A stretch of 64,000 nucleotides of DNA, from contig CM022667.1 in NCBI GenBank assembly GCA_012295275.1, positions 1,798,001-1,862,000 on the forward strand. Direction: 5' to 3'. Under the pieces are notes generated by a model that ran no database searches, was not told where the DNA came from, and saw nothing but the letters and a program-made list of their open reading frames with translations. Positions 39,693 to 60,080 of the stretch are shown piece by piece. Positions within the stretch are counted from its first letter, which is position 1, and each line of letters opens with the position of its first letter. This DNA is from Chrysomallon squamiferum. Taxonomy: Eukaryota; Animalia; Mollusca. Made by a program: the position numbers and the translations under genes.

Positions 39693-41889
39693 CATCCATC
39701 CATCCATCCATCCATCCATCCATCCATCTGTCTAACTATACCTTCCTATAATATTATATACGTACCTAAATGCATACATACCGATCTACCTATCTGTCTA
39801 TTTGTCTTCTGTCTATTTATCTTTTTCTCTCCCTTATTTTTGTTTGTTTGTGTGTCTGTTTACCTATACATATACATACACATAAACCAACAACAAAAAA
39901 AGGAGAGAAAATTATAAATAGAATGAAGACAAATAAATAGATAGGTAGATCAGTATGATGTATGCATTTAGGTGTTAAGTGTCAAACCAGTTAAGTTGCA
40001 GACAACAAGAACAATAATACAACAAACAACAAAAACAACTAAAACAACATTAGATAATATTTTTTCCCGAACATTTCCTGCCTGTAACACTATCTTCCAT
40101 TAAACCTGTAATCGTTTGTACAAACCGCAGCTATTGACGGGTTAAACAATTGCAGCAATCACAGCACCGGTAACGTTCTCACTTAGACAAGAACGCACGC
40201 TGTAACCTGGCAAACGGTCGAACGGAAATTCTACAAGCCGAGCGATTGTTTGTGCGAGCGAGCAGTTGCCACACCTAACTGTAGTCTAATGGACGGTATC
40301 ACGGTTTTAGCCAAGCAGGAAGAGGTTGCCTTCGACTTCGGCAGATCGACATTAACGTGAGCGTTTGTTTATCTGTGAATTGATTTCCTCAAGACAATTG
40401 CGGTTGTTGTAACCCACAGGCAGGCAGGCAGTCAGTCGCTTTTGTTGATGATCGTTTTTAAACGTTGAAGATGGTGCATGTGACTGTTACAAGTGGCTGT
40501 TAGGTTTGTTTATTTGGTGGGTTCTGTGATGGTTTTTTGAGTAATAAAATCCTTTCAGGATTTCATTAGTGGTATATCAGCGTTTATCTCTCAGTTTCTT
40601 AAAAATTGTTTTATTTCCAAACTTTTGTTTTTACCAGCAACCACTGTCCCCATAAAAAAAAAATTTAAAAAAAAATCCAAAAAAACCAAACAGAACAAAA
40701 AAACAGCAAAGAAAATAACAACAACAACAACAAAAGTAATAATAAACAAAAACAAAAATAAAAAAAAAAAAGATTTAAAAATATTAAAAAAAAGATAAAA
40801 AGAATCTGAATTTCTTGACGTCAGAGACTATTTGTGGGTCCACTATGAGGCGAGGAGAACATCTCATGTCACGATGTAGTTAAAATTCAATACATGATAA
40901 TCTTCACTCCTATTGACATTCGCCGTCATCGTAATGTTTTACGACCATCATCAAAGCTACAGCATTCATGTATTCTTACAACCTAATACATTAAGGCCTA
41001 CGAAGGTGACTGCATTTCTTAAGAGATACACCATTCAGCGAAACTACTAGAGACTGTGTTTTAGCAAAAAAAAAACACCGGGCTTGTCTAGCAAATATTG
41101 TTGTAAACAGCGGGAAAGAAGGGACTTTTCTCAACAGTAGCCTTTTTTTGGGGGGGGCAAACAGAAATGATGATGTGTGTCGTAATAAAGAGGGGAATGT
41201 CTTTGTAACGTTGTCTTTACAATCAAGGGGATGTACAAGCAAAAAAAAAAAAAAAAAAAGAGTTTCTATCCAAAGAATCGGGTATCTCAGCAAAGTAGAA
41301 GAGTTTCGTTAATTCTGTGGTTTATATCTTGGGTAAAAAGGGGTGTACTAAGAAAGAGAGGGGTTCCTTCGCAAAGATGTCGTGTGTTAGCATGAAGGGG
41401 AAGGATGTCTTGGGGAAAGGAGAGATGTCTTGAGATCATTAGAACCCAGGAGGATTAGCTACGGCCGTGGTTCTTGACACACCCACTGTATAACCAATAT
41501 TTCTTGTCGAGTTAATGCCTCTCTCAAGTCTGTGTGTGTATCATGTGTCTCGTTATCGCCGTGTCACTAACTCTTCACATGACAAGTAATGGATTCATTG
41601 CTACTGCACTGTTGTCTGGGTCCTATTGATGATTTTTTTAATATTTCATTTTTAACACGCAGTCGGGATCGAATAACAACAGAGTTCTTCATTTTTTTTT
41701 TTTTTTCACATTATAAAATAAATAAATGGAATACAAATAAAGTAAATAAAATAAAAAATCTATTATTTTGGTCTACATGTTAATCGACAAGTCATGAAAT
41801 TGCAGTGTTATATTATATAATTTAAAATAATATACGGCAACATGTTGTATATACGTGTGTGTATTTTAGGATTTTGAATATTCTCTCTC

Positions 41890-42061
41890 TTATGTACGTC
41901 TGATTAAGGACTCTGCACACAGACAATATTCGGAACGCACTGGTACAGGAGGACAAAGTCCAATCACAACCTCACAAATCCCGTCAGATGCCGCTGACAG
42001 ACTCGAACGTATGACACCCATTCTCCGAACGCGGACAGTGTTACCATTCGGCCACCGAGAC
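41890..42061 (-). mobile_element. tRNA-derived SINE
   Basis: The minus strand begins GTCTCGGTGGCCGAATGGTAACAC..., with a Pol III A box (TGGCCGAATGG, 42044-42054) and B box (GTTCGAGTC, 42000-42008). A ~100-nt non-tRNA body follows, ending in a short simple-repeat tail. Confidence 0.7.
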
Positions 42062-42069
42062 AACCTTCT

Positions 42070-42465
42070 ATGTATGTTATGTATGTCTCTGTGTGTGTCT
42101 ATGTAGTTATGATTATATGTATGTATGTATATATGTATGTATGTCTGTGTGTGTGTTTCTGTGTGTGTGTCTATGTAGTTATGATTATATGTATGTATGT
42201 ATATATATGTATGTATGTATATATGTATGTATGTCTGTGTGTGTGTTTCTGTGTGTGTGTCTATGTAGTTTTGATTATATGTATGTATGTATATATGTAT
42301 GTATGTATATATGTATGTATGTATATATGTATGTATGTCTGTGTGTGTGTTTCTGTGTGTGTGTCTATGTAGTTTTGATTATATGTATGTATGTATATAT
42401 GTATGTATGTCTGTGTGTGTGTTTCTGTGTGTGTGTCTATGTAGTTTTGATTATATGTATGTATC
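42070..42465. repeat. Variable-length minisatellite built from microsatellite blocks (GTCTATGTAGTT[A/T]TGATTATATGTATG...TGTTTCTGTGTG), 5 units
   Basis: The anchor ctatgtagtt recurs at about 42099, 42171, 42261, 42365 and 42437. Confidence 0.9.
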
Positions 42466-43501
42466 CATAGAAGAGCGGCGTAAAGTGACTTCCTATCTCA
42501 TATTCTAAGAACAGGTATTTTTTTAGTTTCTTTGTTTGGAAAAATTACTTCATCTTGACAATTACAGTTTAATCAATAATGCTTCCTTTGTTCTTTGGAT
42601 CAGCCCGTATATGCATTCATTTATTACTTTGATTTTTTCTAGAAAACTGATGTATCTATACTAATTTATTTAAATTATTCTAAATTTGTATTTCACCGAG
42701 CTCAATTTCTTTGTTCAAAATGAAACATTAGTTTAATGTTATCGATTCGAAAATAGAACATTAATTTCTAGATTTTTTTTTTTTCTCCTTCTTTTAATTA
42801 ATGTCTTCTATTTTTATGATTATTTCATTTTTTTAAAATATTTTTCTTTTTCTTATGTTTTTTTTGTTACTATTATTATTATTATTTTGCTTCTTTTTTG
42901 TTTTTTCGTCTTTTCTTTTATCTCTTTCTTTGTTATCTAATTCTTTACTTATTTCTTTCTTTTCTCCGTTTTTCTATTTTTCTCTCCCTTTCTTCCCAAC
43001 TTCACAAACACGCACGCACGCTCGCACGCACACACACACACAAACACACTCTCAAGTGATTCTACACTTTGTATCGATCTTAATTTTGAATCCTTGACAA
43101 CTCCTTTATCAATCGTCAGTATATTTATTAATTGCCGTGCACATGAATAATGTTCCGCCGTGTATTTAATTTACCCATCATTCTTCCGCGACTTCGCATG
43201 AGAATATTCGAGACACTTTCGCTGGACAAAGTACTTTTGTTGTTTATTGATTTTTTTTATCTTTTCTGTAGTCAACACTAAAAATGAAGAATCACAGAAT
43301 GAATAGATTAATAAAACAGTATTATAATCTTTATTCATTCTGACTTAAAATTAAAAACAGCGTACACACAAATATTAAGACTAATTGTTAAAAAAAAAAA
43401 AGAGAATGTGACATCTGTTGTTCTGTCTGTCTGTCGGTATGGGTGTATGTTATGTATACAATTTTATTCCAAACTCGGTGTGTCTCTCTGTGTTTTTGTG
43501 T

Positions 43502-43544
<43 letters not shown>

Positions 43545-43733
43545 CACACCTACCTAACTTCTTACATACATACACAAGTAATATATTTTAGATAGTTATG
43601 TATTTGCGTACCTTCCAGCGTACCTTACTACCTACCTGTCAACATTACACACATCACACACACACACACACACACACACCACACCCATATACATACACAC
43701 ACAAACACATACACACATATACATATATATATG

Positions 43734-43788
<55 letters not shown>

Positions 43789-44860
43789 TTATTTATATGT
43801 ATATATATAAATAATTTGTGTATGTATATATACGTCATAAAGAGATGAAAAGAAGAGGAATAGAATGAAAGAAGATAGAAGAAAACAGGAAGGAAAAATG
43901 TAGGTAATGTCTAGGTACAGATTAACCCAGTTTGACTCGGGGACAGTTACGATGTGAAACTCAAATTAGAATTAACTGTGAATTAAAAACTTAACCTTTT
44001 AATTTCCTTCTGAAAATCACGTGTCTTAACATGCCCTTTAGCGGTGTAGAGGTTAGCTGAAATAAAAAAAATTAAAAAAAAGAAGAAAAAAAAAAAGAAA
44101 AAAAAGTGATTTGTATAAGAATTATATATATAAAAAAAAGCAATCGGATTGACATTTCGTGTTTCTGAATGTATGAAAAAAAAAAAAAAAAACACAAAAA
44201 AAAAACGCAAGAATTGTAACAAGAACAGTAAATAAAAAGGAAAAAAAATTACTAGATAATTTTTTTTTCCAAATTAGCAGCCATTAAGAAATAAAGTATG
44301 AATACGAAAAAAAAAAAAAAAAAAAATGAAAAAATCAAGAAAACAAAAGGTAAAGAAAAGAAAAAACCCGCACTTGTATATACGTATGTGCGTATGTGTA
44401 TATGTATGTTTGTGTATATGTACATATATATATAAATGTTTTTGTGTATGCGTGACTGTATGCATGTCTCTGTAGTTCTATATATGTACGTGTGTTTGTG
44501 CACCTATCTATCTATCTGTCTATCTGTTTGTCTATCTGTCTGTCTAACACGATATAAAAAGTTAATATAAATTATATTTATATAACCGTTACTTTCATTC
44601 TGCCAGCTTTGTGTTTCTCTGGCGTCAGTTGTTACGCCCAAAACTCGTCTATAACTGGCAGAGTTACAGTTTGTTCTAACACACCAATCAACAGATCGAT
44701 TCAGCCGTATCACTCTCGCACTCTCCGATAATCACGTTTTCCGCGAGATGAGAGAATGATAGATAGACGCACGTCACAAGTTATCCATCATTTGACCTTT
44801 GACTCACAAACTCGGCTGTATAGGCTAAGAATGAGCCGGATTAAAAGGTTAATTACCTTG

Positions 44861-44892
<32 letters not shown>

Positions 44893-46424
44893 AACTCCTA
44901 CGTGCGTCATTATTATATATACTGTTTTGATTTTTTTTTTTCTGTTTCTTTCAGTCTCTTTTTTCTTTTTTTATTTCTTTCTTTCTTTTTTTTTTTTTTA
45001 ACAAACTTGCTAAAACTTACGAAATTATTTTTTTTTTTTTTCTTGTCATATTATCATTGGTATTATATTGTATAAAAGTTATAAATTTGTTCTCGATTTC
45101 TGACAGTGACGTCATATATTGTTGATGTTATTATTTAGAACACTTAAAATATAAAAAAAATTTTTTAAAAAAAAGGAAAATTAAAAATAAATAAATAAAT
45201 AGATAGATAGATAAATAAATAAATAAATACTAAAACAATTGAAATTAAAATTAAAAAAAAAAAAAAAAGAAGAAAATCCACAGCTGCAACAACATAACAA
45301 CGAAGAATACCGAATATATTTAGATCTATTCACCACAGGTTCACTTTAAAATCAAATTACAAATATTCAAACTAACAAAGAATTTAAAACAGTCGTTAAA
45401 CATAACTACGTCATTTTAAACCTTTATTGACCGTACATAACTGATTAAGCAGCCTTTATTATTAGATCCACTGTGACAGAAACATTTCAAACGTTTTTAA
45501 TATTTCTCCAGAGTTTTATCTTCGTATTAAACAACGAGAGAGAAAAAAAAAAGTGAGTAACTGTATGCTCGTCACATTAACATTTCCAATTTTATACCAT
45601 TGTTGATGTAGGTAATAAAAAAAACATTACAAAGCGATATTGTTTAAAAAGCGAATTTGTGGATTAAAAACAGTGGGGAGCATTTTTCATTAACAATTTA
45701 CATGTAACATGACGAATATCAATTGAAGTAACAAAAGCGAATCCGGAGATTCAAAACAGTGGGGAGCATTTATCATTAACAATTTACATGTAACGTAACG
45801 AATATGAACTGAAGTATATACAGAAAGAGAAAAATTCATCCACTGAATCACAGCCTGCTCTCGTTCCTCCAATCCATTTGACAACCGTGATAGGACTTTT
45901 TGTATGTCAGAAAAAAGGTTGCGCCCTCGGTCGTATTGACGCTGTTGCCATGGATACAAAATGGTTGTAGCCCACACGCGCTGCGACTGTTAATGAGGTG
46001 ACGGGCACACTTCATCTGTGTGTTTTTCCCCGTGAGCCGTGTAAAACATTCGTCTCGGCATTTTGATACGACTGCCAGCAGGTAGTCCGCGAACTCGAGT
46101 GTCAGGCTGTTTTGCAAATTAATATTTCGCCAGCAAGAGGCGAGGAGACGGAGACGAAGGTAACGAAATGTCAACTTTGTTAAAACGTTAACGTCAGCAA
46201 CGGCTACAGCAGCAGCAACAAGAGCAACAGTTTCGTCAACATTATCGTCATCAGCGACTACAGGTAAATATGAAAATGATAGCGACAACAACAACAAGAA
46301 CAAGAGGAGTATTAATGACAATGACAATGACATTATTTTCATAAACTGTACGATTACAGAACAGAGAAGAATGTGTTACAGATACGTAATAACAAAATTA
46401 AAATTAAAATGCGCATGCGTGGAA

Positions 46425-47590
46425 GTTTAACGTGCAGGGGATATTCTCTCACATATAGTTCTTATTCATAAATATAACTTCTTTTTTTATATAAACATAT
46501 TTTTTATTATTAAATAAATTATTGTATGAAAATATATTTTGATGTCTCATTTGGTATACTTTTTTCTCACATTTAGTAATATAGGATCATTACATTCAAA
46601 TATATAATGATGTTCATCTCCAATTTTGTCAAGATTACAAATATAACATGTTCTGTTTTCTCGTAAAATATTAGACCATTGTCCAGTTTCAACAGGAAGT
46701 TTAACATTAGAGGTTCTAAATTTACATGAGAAAGTAGCATTATTTTGAGCCAGCACACTAAGGTAATTTTCTAATATCAATTCATTTTTATTATTTTTTT
46801 GTTTAACGTGCAGGGGATATTCTCTCACATATAGTTCTTATTCATAAATATAACTTCTTTTTTTATATAAACATATTTTTTATTATTAAATAAATTATTG
46901 TATGAAAATATATTTTGATGTCTCATTTGGTATACTTTTTTCTCACATTTAGTAATATAGGATCATTACATTCAAATATATAATGATGTTCATCTCCAAT
47001 TTTGTCAAGATTACAAATATAACATGTTCTGTTTTCTCGTAAAATATTAGACCATTGTCCAGTTTCAACAGGAAGTTTAACATTAGAGGTTCTAAATTTA
47101 CATGAGAAAGTAGCATTATTTTGAGCCAGCACACTAAGGTAATTTTCTAATATCAATTCATTTTTATTATTTTTTTGTTTAACGTGCAGGGGATATTCTC
47201 TCACATATAGTTCTTATTCATAAATATAACTTCTTTTTATATAAACATATTTTTATTATTAAATAAATTATTGTATGAAAATATATTTTGATGTCTCATT
47301 TGGTATACTTTTTTCTCACATTTAGTAATATAGGATCATTACATTCAAATATATAATGATGTTCATCTCCAATTTTGTCAAGATTACAAATATAACATGT
47401 TCTGTTTTCTCGTAAAATATTAGACCATTGTCCAGTTTCAACAGGAAGTTTAACATTAGAGGTTCTAAATTTACATGAGAAAGTAGCATTATTTTGAGCC
47501 AGCACACTAAGGTAATTTTCTAATATCAATTCATTTTTATTATTTTTTTGTTTATAATTAATACCTTTTGGAGAAATTTCAGTTGCATTT
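46425..47590 (-). mobile_element. 3' fragment of a non-LTR retrotransposon ORF2 (C-terminal CCHC zinc knuckle), tandemly triplicated
   Basis: Each unit encodes ENYLSVL...KFRTSNVKLPVETGQWSNILRENRTCYICNLDKIGDEHHYIFEC...RKKY (CxxC...H...C), typical of invertebrate LINE C-termini; an RTEX-like assignment is from memory. Units start at 46425, 46801 and 47177. Confidence 0.85.
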
Positions 47591-47624
47591 TCTATATCTG
47601 TAGCATTATCAAAGTTGTGATATG

Positions 47625-47699
<75 letters not shown>

Positions 47700-48002
47700 A
47701 TGTTAAACAGCCTAAGTATCAAGAAAAATCAACAGTAACTACATCGACTAAAACAATAACAACAACAACAACAGTAACGATGATGATGATGATAACATTA
47801 TGAATAAAAACAACTACAAAAACAATAACCAAACAATAATGACAGGAGTGTTAACGAAAGCAACTGCATTATGAACAAGGACAACAACAGCGACACTTAC
47901 AACAATTTTATAATAATAATAACAACAACAACGACAACAGCAACAGCAGGATCATTAATGAAAGCGGATGTTGTTTAAAGAACAAAAACAAATATAACAA
48001 TC

Positions 48003-48058
<56 letters not shown>

Positions 48059-48190
48059 GCAACACCCATAACATAATAACACCAGCCAAAAAATAATGAT
48101 AAGAACAACAACTACAAGCAGGATTATTAATGAAAGCTGATACGGTACCATGTAGAACGACAATAACAACAACAATTACAAGATAATAAA

Positions 48191-48233
<43 letters not shown>

Positions 48234-48321
48234 TTACCACTACCACTACTACTACTATTAATACTACTACTGTTTCTGCAACTACAACTACTATTACTAT
48301 TACTACTACTACTACTACTAC

Positions 48322-48354
<33 letters not shown>

Positions 48355-49668
48355 CAATAAAGATAATAACACAAGTGAGCTCGAACTGTTTTATATGGCC
48401 TTTATACAAACATACTCAAGCAGCAGCAGAGCAGTATATTCCTTGCTGATTAGGCGAATACCTAAGTAGCTCGATTAGCCAGTTACGTTTATTTATTACC
48501 GATTTTGGAATACAGCACAATAACAATCATTCAGAGCTTTGTTAGTTTAACTAGCAATCCTTCGTTAAAGTCCGTGAGTCGAGTTCCGCCACGCTCACGT
48601 GTACCTAATTTCCGGTGCGATTTTTTTTTATTTTTTTAATGCGTCAGTTCATAAACTTCCGGGAGAAATCCTAACAACAACAAAATCGTTTGTTATTTAT
48701 CACAAATACTATGAAAACACTATTAAAATGCTATTATATTTGGATTTAAGCTCAAAACAAATTTGGCTTTGTGAATACAGATTTCATAAATCGTAATTTC
48801 ATCATTTAAACATGAAACTGCTGACCGCTACCGATGATATATAACCAAAACGAACGTATAATCGTGTGGAACAATTATCGTAATCGAAAACAAACAATGG
48901 ATGGCTGCTTGAAAAATTGATTAATCAAACTGTCGTTGACTGTGGATGTTTCGCTGGCTTAGTTTGTAGGTCGTTGGGGAAGTCGTAACGTCATCAAATT
49001 GTTACATCGTCCCTCGAGGGTCTGTTGTCTTGGAACTGAAAAGCTGCCAATGTTCTGTTAAAACAGGCAAATTCTGTCTGGACTGTGGCCAGTATGAGAA
49101 CAATATTCAGTAATAGTGTTGTATTATAATAAAGACATTCCCAGATGCACATAGATCTGTAATTAGGTAGCGATTCCATGGATTGTTGTAATGATGATAA
49201 TGATGATGATGATGATGATGTTGATGATTATTATTTCAGAATTAAAGAGTTAATATTGTTATGTAGTTGTTATACAGTAGAACTGTATAACGTACACCCC
49301 AAAACACTTAGCTTTTGATTTGCTTGTCTGTATTATCTGGAATATTGTTCATCTTGGTGTTTTTTCTTTCTTTCTTTTTTTTTTTTTTTTTTTTTTTTTG
49401 TAGACTTTTAGTAAATTTTATCAGTCTTTCCTACTCCTTGAAGAAGAATGCGTAAAAACCCTCTCATATTTATAACATAACATAACAACAACAGTTATAA
49501 ATAAATAAATAAATAAATAAATGTACCAATATTTTTATCCGAAGAGACACACCTATAACATTATGCACACACATACACAAACAACTCGCACATGTATCAT
49601 AAATATAAATTATTGCTTCCCACTCACAAAATCAATAGCAAGTAATATTCATTTTTTATTTTCATTTA

Positions 49669-55232
<5,564 letters not shown>

Positions 55233-56269
55233 ACGAGAAATCAACTGATACAGGAACTCCAGTCCTTAAGAAAACGTTTAATTAAAGAACGGAATCATAC
55301 GTAATCGTCTTCACGAGTTGATGAGTTTAGTGTGAGAACACTCGCGTTTTATTGAGTTCCTCTTTATCTATCCTCTGTCATTAAGCTGGATCAAACCTCT
55401 TCTAGCGATCGACTAAGTACTGCAGATTAGTATCGGCTTTTCCTTTTACAGAAACCAGTTTAAAGACAAATAAAGAAAATGGTCGTTGAAATCCATCGAT
55501 AAAATTATCGGGAACGATTCAAGCAACTGTACAAGTATCAAGAATGAAAATTTAACAGAATTCCGGCGTTGATTGCGTATTCGATTGGGTTTAATGATGG
55601 GAGATAACTCAATGCGGTCAAGGGAGATAATTGAAGTAAATGCACACGTATTAAAAACGTAACTTTAACAGCATTCACGTGTTAATTACATATTCGATTG
55701 GTTTAATCAAGAGCGATAACTGAATAAGATAAAGGGAGATAATTTAACTGGGTCAATGGAAAAAATCGAAGAACGTAAAGTTGAGTGTGACCTTTTAATA
55801 GCTTTTTGCCGTCAGTCTCAACTGGTAATTCTCATAAAAATGTTGTATTTGTATGCGTCGATAGGTATTGAATTCCAGCTCGTAACGTTACTCTCAGAAC
55901 TTTCATAGCGGTACTAAACTGTCGACTTCAAAAGAGACTGAATATTATTAGTTCACCTTTTTTTGCACTGGGAAATGAGGAATTCAGTTGACTTGTGTGA
56001 TTAGTGTACATTTGTTCTTACGCTTTTGATTCAAGATCGAAAATTTTAGTACGTTTTTATATCATTCATAAAATCTTAATTTTTACAAAAGAAAATATTG
56101 ACTGGTATAGTAATTAATTTTATGATTCTTGCATGTGTATGTAAATGGATATCCTTCTAGAAATAGGAAATAAATAAACATGTTCAGAATGTTTTATAGA
56201 CTGACACATACACATATTAACAGCTTCCATGCTAGTATATACATCTAATTATACAGACAGAGAGATACA

Positions 56270-56341
<72 letters not shown>

Positions 56342-57983
56342 TATTCTGCAATAGGCATGGTCTTCGTTGAAGAAGAGGCTGTTATTATTTTTTCATTTTC
56401 CTTATCTTTTCTTTCTTTATTTTTTTTTTGTTCAGAGATGATTTTCGAAAGTTGATATCCTCGCCTCCATTCCCTTCGCTTCTGTTATTGACAAAGACAA
56501 GACATTTTTCAAATTTGTCGAACAGAGTAGAATCGATCCAATAACCGAACGTGCCAGAAGCGATTAAAATCAGTGAAATGCCAGCACAGAAAACTAACAG
56601 TTACGCGATCTTTAAGTGGAAAATTGTATCGTATTTCTTACCCATTACTTAAAAATAGATACCACATGTTGTTACTTGGTTTAATTCTGGTACTACTCTT
56701 GTATCTTTTAGAGATTAGATTAGCTTGTAATGTATACATTAAATAATTTTAATATGGTAGTGGAGAGATGATTTTAAATTTGTCAGTGTTTATTATTAGT
56801 GGTAGCGGTAGAACCTCAGTTTTATTGAAGTCTGGCGTAAATGTTGTAAATGGTTGTTTTGAGAAATGAAAGAATTACAAATACATTTTATATATTACAA
56901 CAGTTAATACTATTGTTAATAATAATAATTGTTATATAATTGTGATGATGATGATATCAACAAATAAATCTTATATATTACTTGTACTACTGAAATTACT
57001 ACAACTACTACCACTATTACTACTATAGCTACTACTGCTACTACTACTACTACCACTATTACTACTGCTATACCTACTACTACTGTTAGTAATAATAATG
57101 ATGACGATAACAACAACTGAAAGCAGGAATAATATTAAACTTTTTATATCAGTCCTGCAAATTACCAAGAATTAAAAAATTAAAGCAACTAAAAAAATCC
57201 TGTGTTTTACAACTGTACTGTTACAGTTCTACTTTAGATTCCGATGAATATTTTAAATATTTCATTTATTACATATTTATCACGTTTTTCGTCTTTTCTT
57301 ATAAACTAAATGTGTGGGGTTTTTTTTGTCGTTTTTTAATGAGCAATTATTTATTCTTTATTATTCTAGAGAGGATGCATTGTTGTGTACCCCATACGTC
57401 CAATTCTAAAACAAAAATGAAGTAAACGTTTTCACACCATCGCTCAATATCAAAGCCAAGAGATATCTGGATAGAATATTTATTTTTATTACTTTTTAAA
57501 GAACGGGGGGAAAATATGCTGATGAAAGAAAGATCTTATAAAAAAGTATTTCTTGAAAAAGATTAAAAAGTAAGACATATGTCTCAAAAAAGAATGAAAA
57601 TTAAGAAATACTTCTTTAATAAGAATAAAAATTAAAAAACAACAAGAAGTAATGGTAATAATAACAACGTCAGTATTAATAACAGTAACTATCGCAGTGG
57701 ATGTAGTAGGAGTAGCGACAGAGGTTGTTGCTGTTGAATGAGAAGTCGTCTTAAAAGTAGCAGAAGTACCATCAGCAACGACAGCAACAACAACAGTAAT
57801 AACGATGATAATGATAATAAAATATCAATTTGAATGTCATTATCGACGTAATAGAGGAAAGATTGTCCAAAACCCGAGTGTTTTCACACTAAACTCATTA
57901 ACATGTCAAGTGAAGACGATTTTTGATTAAAAGTTTTCTCTAGGACTGTAGTCTCTCTCTCTCTCTGTCTCTCTTAGGACTGT

Positions 57984-58127
<144 letters not shown>

Positions 58128-58883
58128 CATATACGTATTGCTATTTAAATACATGTATTACAAACAGGCATTACAATTATATCACAACACTATACATCAC
58201 AATATACACACACATTTTTATTTTTTCTCTTTTATATTACGCCTTATAATTAAAGAACGAGACATCAGAGACTTCACCAAGAACTACTTTTATCAGTGTG
58301 ATCTGTTTGAAAGCTCTGCCAGGAAATCACGACTTCGCTTTAACACTTTCCTGCTTCTCTCGATAAAGTCGCTCTTAAGACAAAAGTTCTCTGCTTTATC
58401 AAAGACTTTTTGCACAAGCAAACTTCTTACATTTGTAATGTAAATTGCACCCCGTGTCTAGCTGGCTTTGTAAAGTTTTATTTCTCAGGAGAAATTCAAA
58501 GTAGGCAATAAAGAGTCAGATCTTGTTTCTGGACGTCGATATGGATGATTGTGTAAAAAACTTCACAGTTCAGGTTGTAATTTATTACACACGTTTATTT
58601 TGTATTTTTTTTTTAAACTTTTAAGAAGAACGTGATGGTTAATCTTTAAAAGAAAGTTATAGTATCTTTTCTAGGTGCATATGTGCGTGTGTGTGTATGT
58701 TTGTGTGTATCTGTGTCTATGTGTGTGTATCTATGTGTACTAGTTTGTGAATACTATTAGATAATGAGATACTGACATACACACATATAAATGGAGAGAA
58801 AGACACAAAGTGAAAGAAAAGTAAAAAGAGTTTGAAAGACAGAATATGAGAAAATGTGGGAGAATAGAGAGAGAGAGAGAAAT

Positions 58884-58939
<56 letters not shown>

Positions 58940-59639
58940 AAGTGATTTTTCAGAAACATAAAGTATGATTATTTTCAAAAAAAACACAACAAAAAAAACC
59001 CAAAACGCAAAAACGTCATAAGTAATTTTTTTACAAGAATTAAACAATACTGGCACGAACTGCTAAATCACACGTAAACGGCGAATGTTACTCTGTTTTT
59101 TTACTTCAGATATCACCCAATCACCGACGCTCAACTAAACCATTAGTCAAAAGCCAATCTTTGCATGGATTTTCCATTTTACTGGCAGTTATTGCGTTTC
59201 CACCGGTGTAATGGTAATTTATCCCCACTCCACAATTTTGATTTGCTGAAGCTCAGTTTATTCAGAAGAAAAAAAAAAATCTAGTCTGAAGAAAAGTTTC
59301 CATAAATTGAAAACCGGGAAAGAGCAGAGAAAGAGAGAGAAAAAAAATTAGTTATGATTGCAATGATTATTGTACACATATAACTCTGTTGTCAAGACTG
59401 TTTTTCGTGAAAGAATCAACAAGGAAATAAAATTTGCTACGTCGATAGAGGAAAATTTAGTACATATTTGTTTTCTATTTCCCTTTTTTTTTTTTTTTTT
59501 TTTTTTAGAAAATCGCTTTATACTGATGACGTGATATCATGTATTTTTAGACCTTATGTCAAATTAAAATGACGTTCAGTTTCCAGTTTTACAGATAGTA
59601 ACTATTTGTTTTGTTCTTACTTGATTGCCTGTACTAACA

Positions 59640-60080
59640 GTCATAATTAACAGTTATTTTAACAGTGTAACCATAATTGTTAACATATATAAACATTCAC
59701 AATTATCTACGTTTCTTGCAATGTATTAAAAGTCATTAATATCCATAATTCTTATATATATATGAATATTCACAATTATCTATGGTTCTTACAATTTTTT
59801 ATAAGTCACTATTAACAATAATTCTTAACATATAAAAAATATAAATAATTAAAATAGTCACTATTATCTATGTGTTTTATTTACATTATATTAAAAGTCA
59901 CTGTTAGCTTCAGTTCATAACGTATATTAACGATGATTATTAACCGTGTTTCACACGATGTTATATATCAACAATCACCATTAACTATAGATCATACAAT
60001 ATATTAACAGTCCCTATTAAATACAGTTCTAAATAATTTATTAAACAATCACTCTTAAATACAAAACAGTGTTAATCAAT
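59640..60080. repeat. Degenerate AT-rich ~33-bp tandem repeat (AAAGTCACTATTAAC...TTCTTAACATATA-like)
   Basis: Recurring agtcactatt / attcacaattatcta / ataattctta motifs. Confidence 0.6.

Noticed and set aside
40289-40356. Possible mini first exon MDGITVLAKQEEVAFDFGRSTL ending at AC|gtgagc
   Set aside because: Weak donor context, no recognisable homology and an immediate stop if unspliced; cannot be supported without RNA data.
41050-41435. Purine-rich stretch with a 100-aa minus-strand ORF
   Set aside because: Appears to be a highly degenerate ~20-bp repeat (GGGTGTCTTAGCAAAGA-like), not coding sequence.
41985-42061. Functional tRNA gene
   Set aside because: A and B boxes are present, but the acceptor and anticodon stems do not pair properly and a SINE-like body follows; treated as a SINE.
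45848-46342. 164-aa minus-strand ORF
   Set aside because: The N-terminal half derives from low-complexity (CAA/CAG/GAC) repeats, and no domain is recognised.
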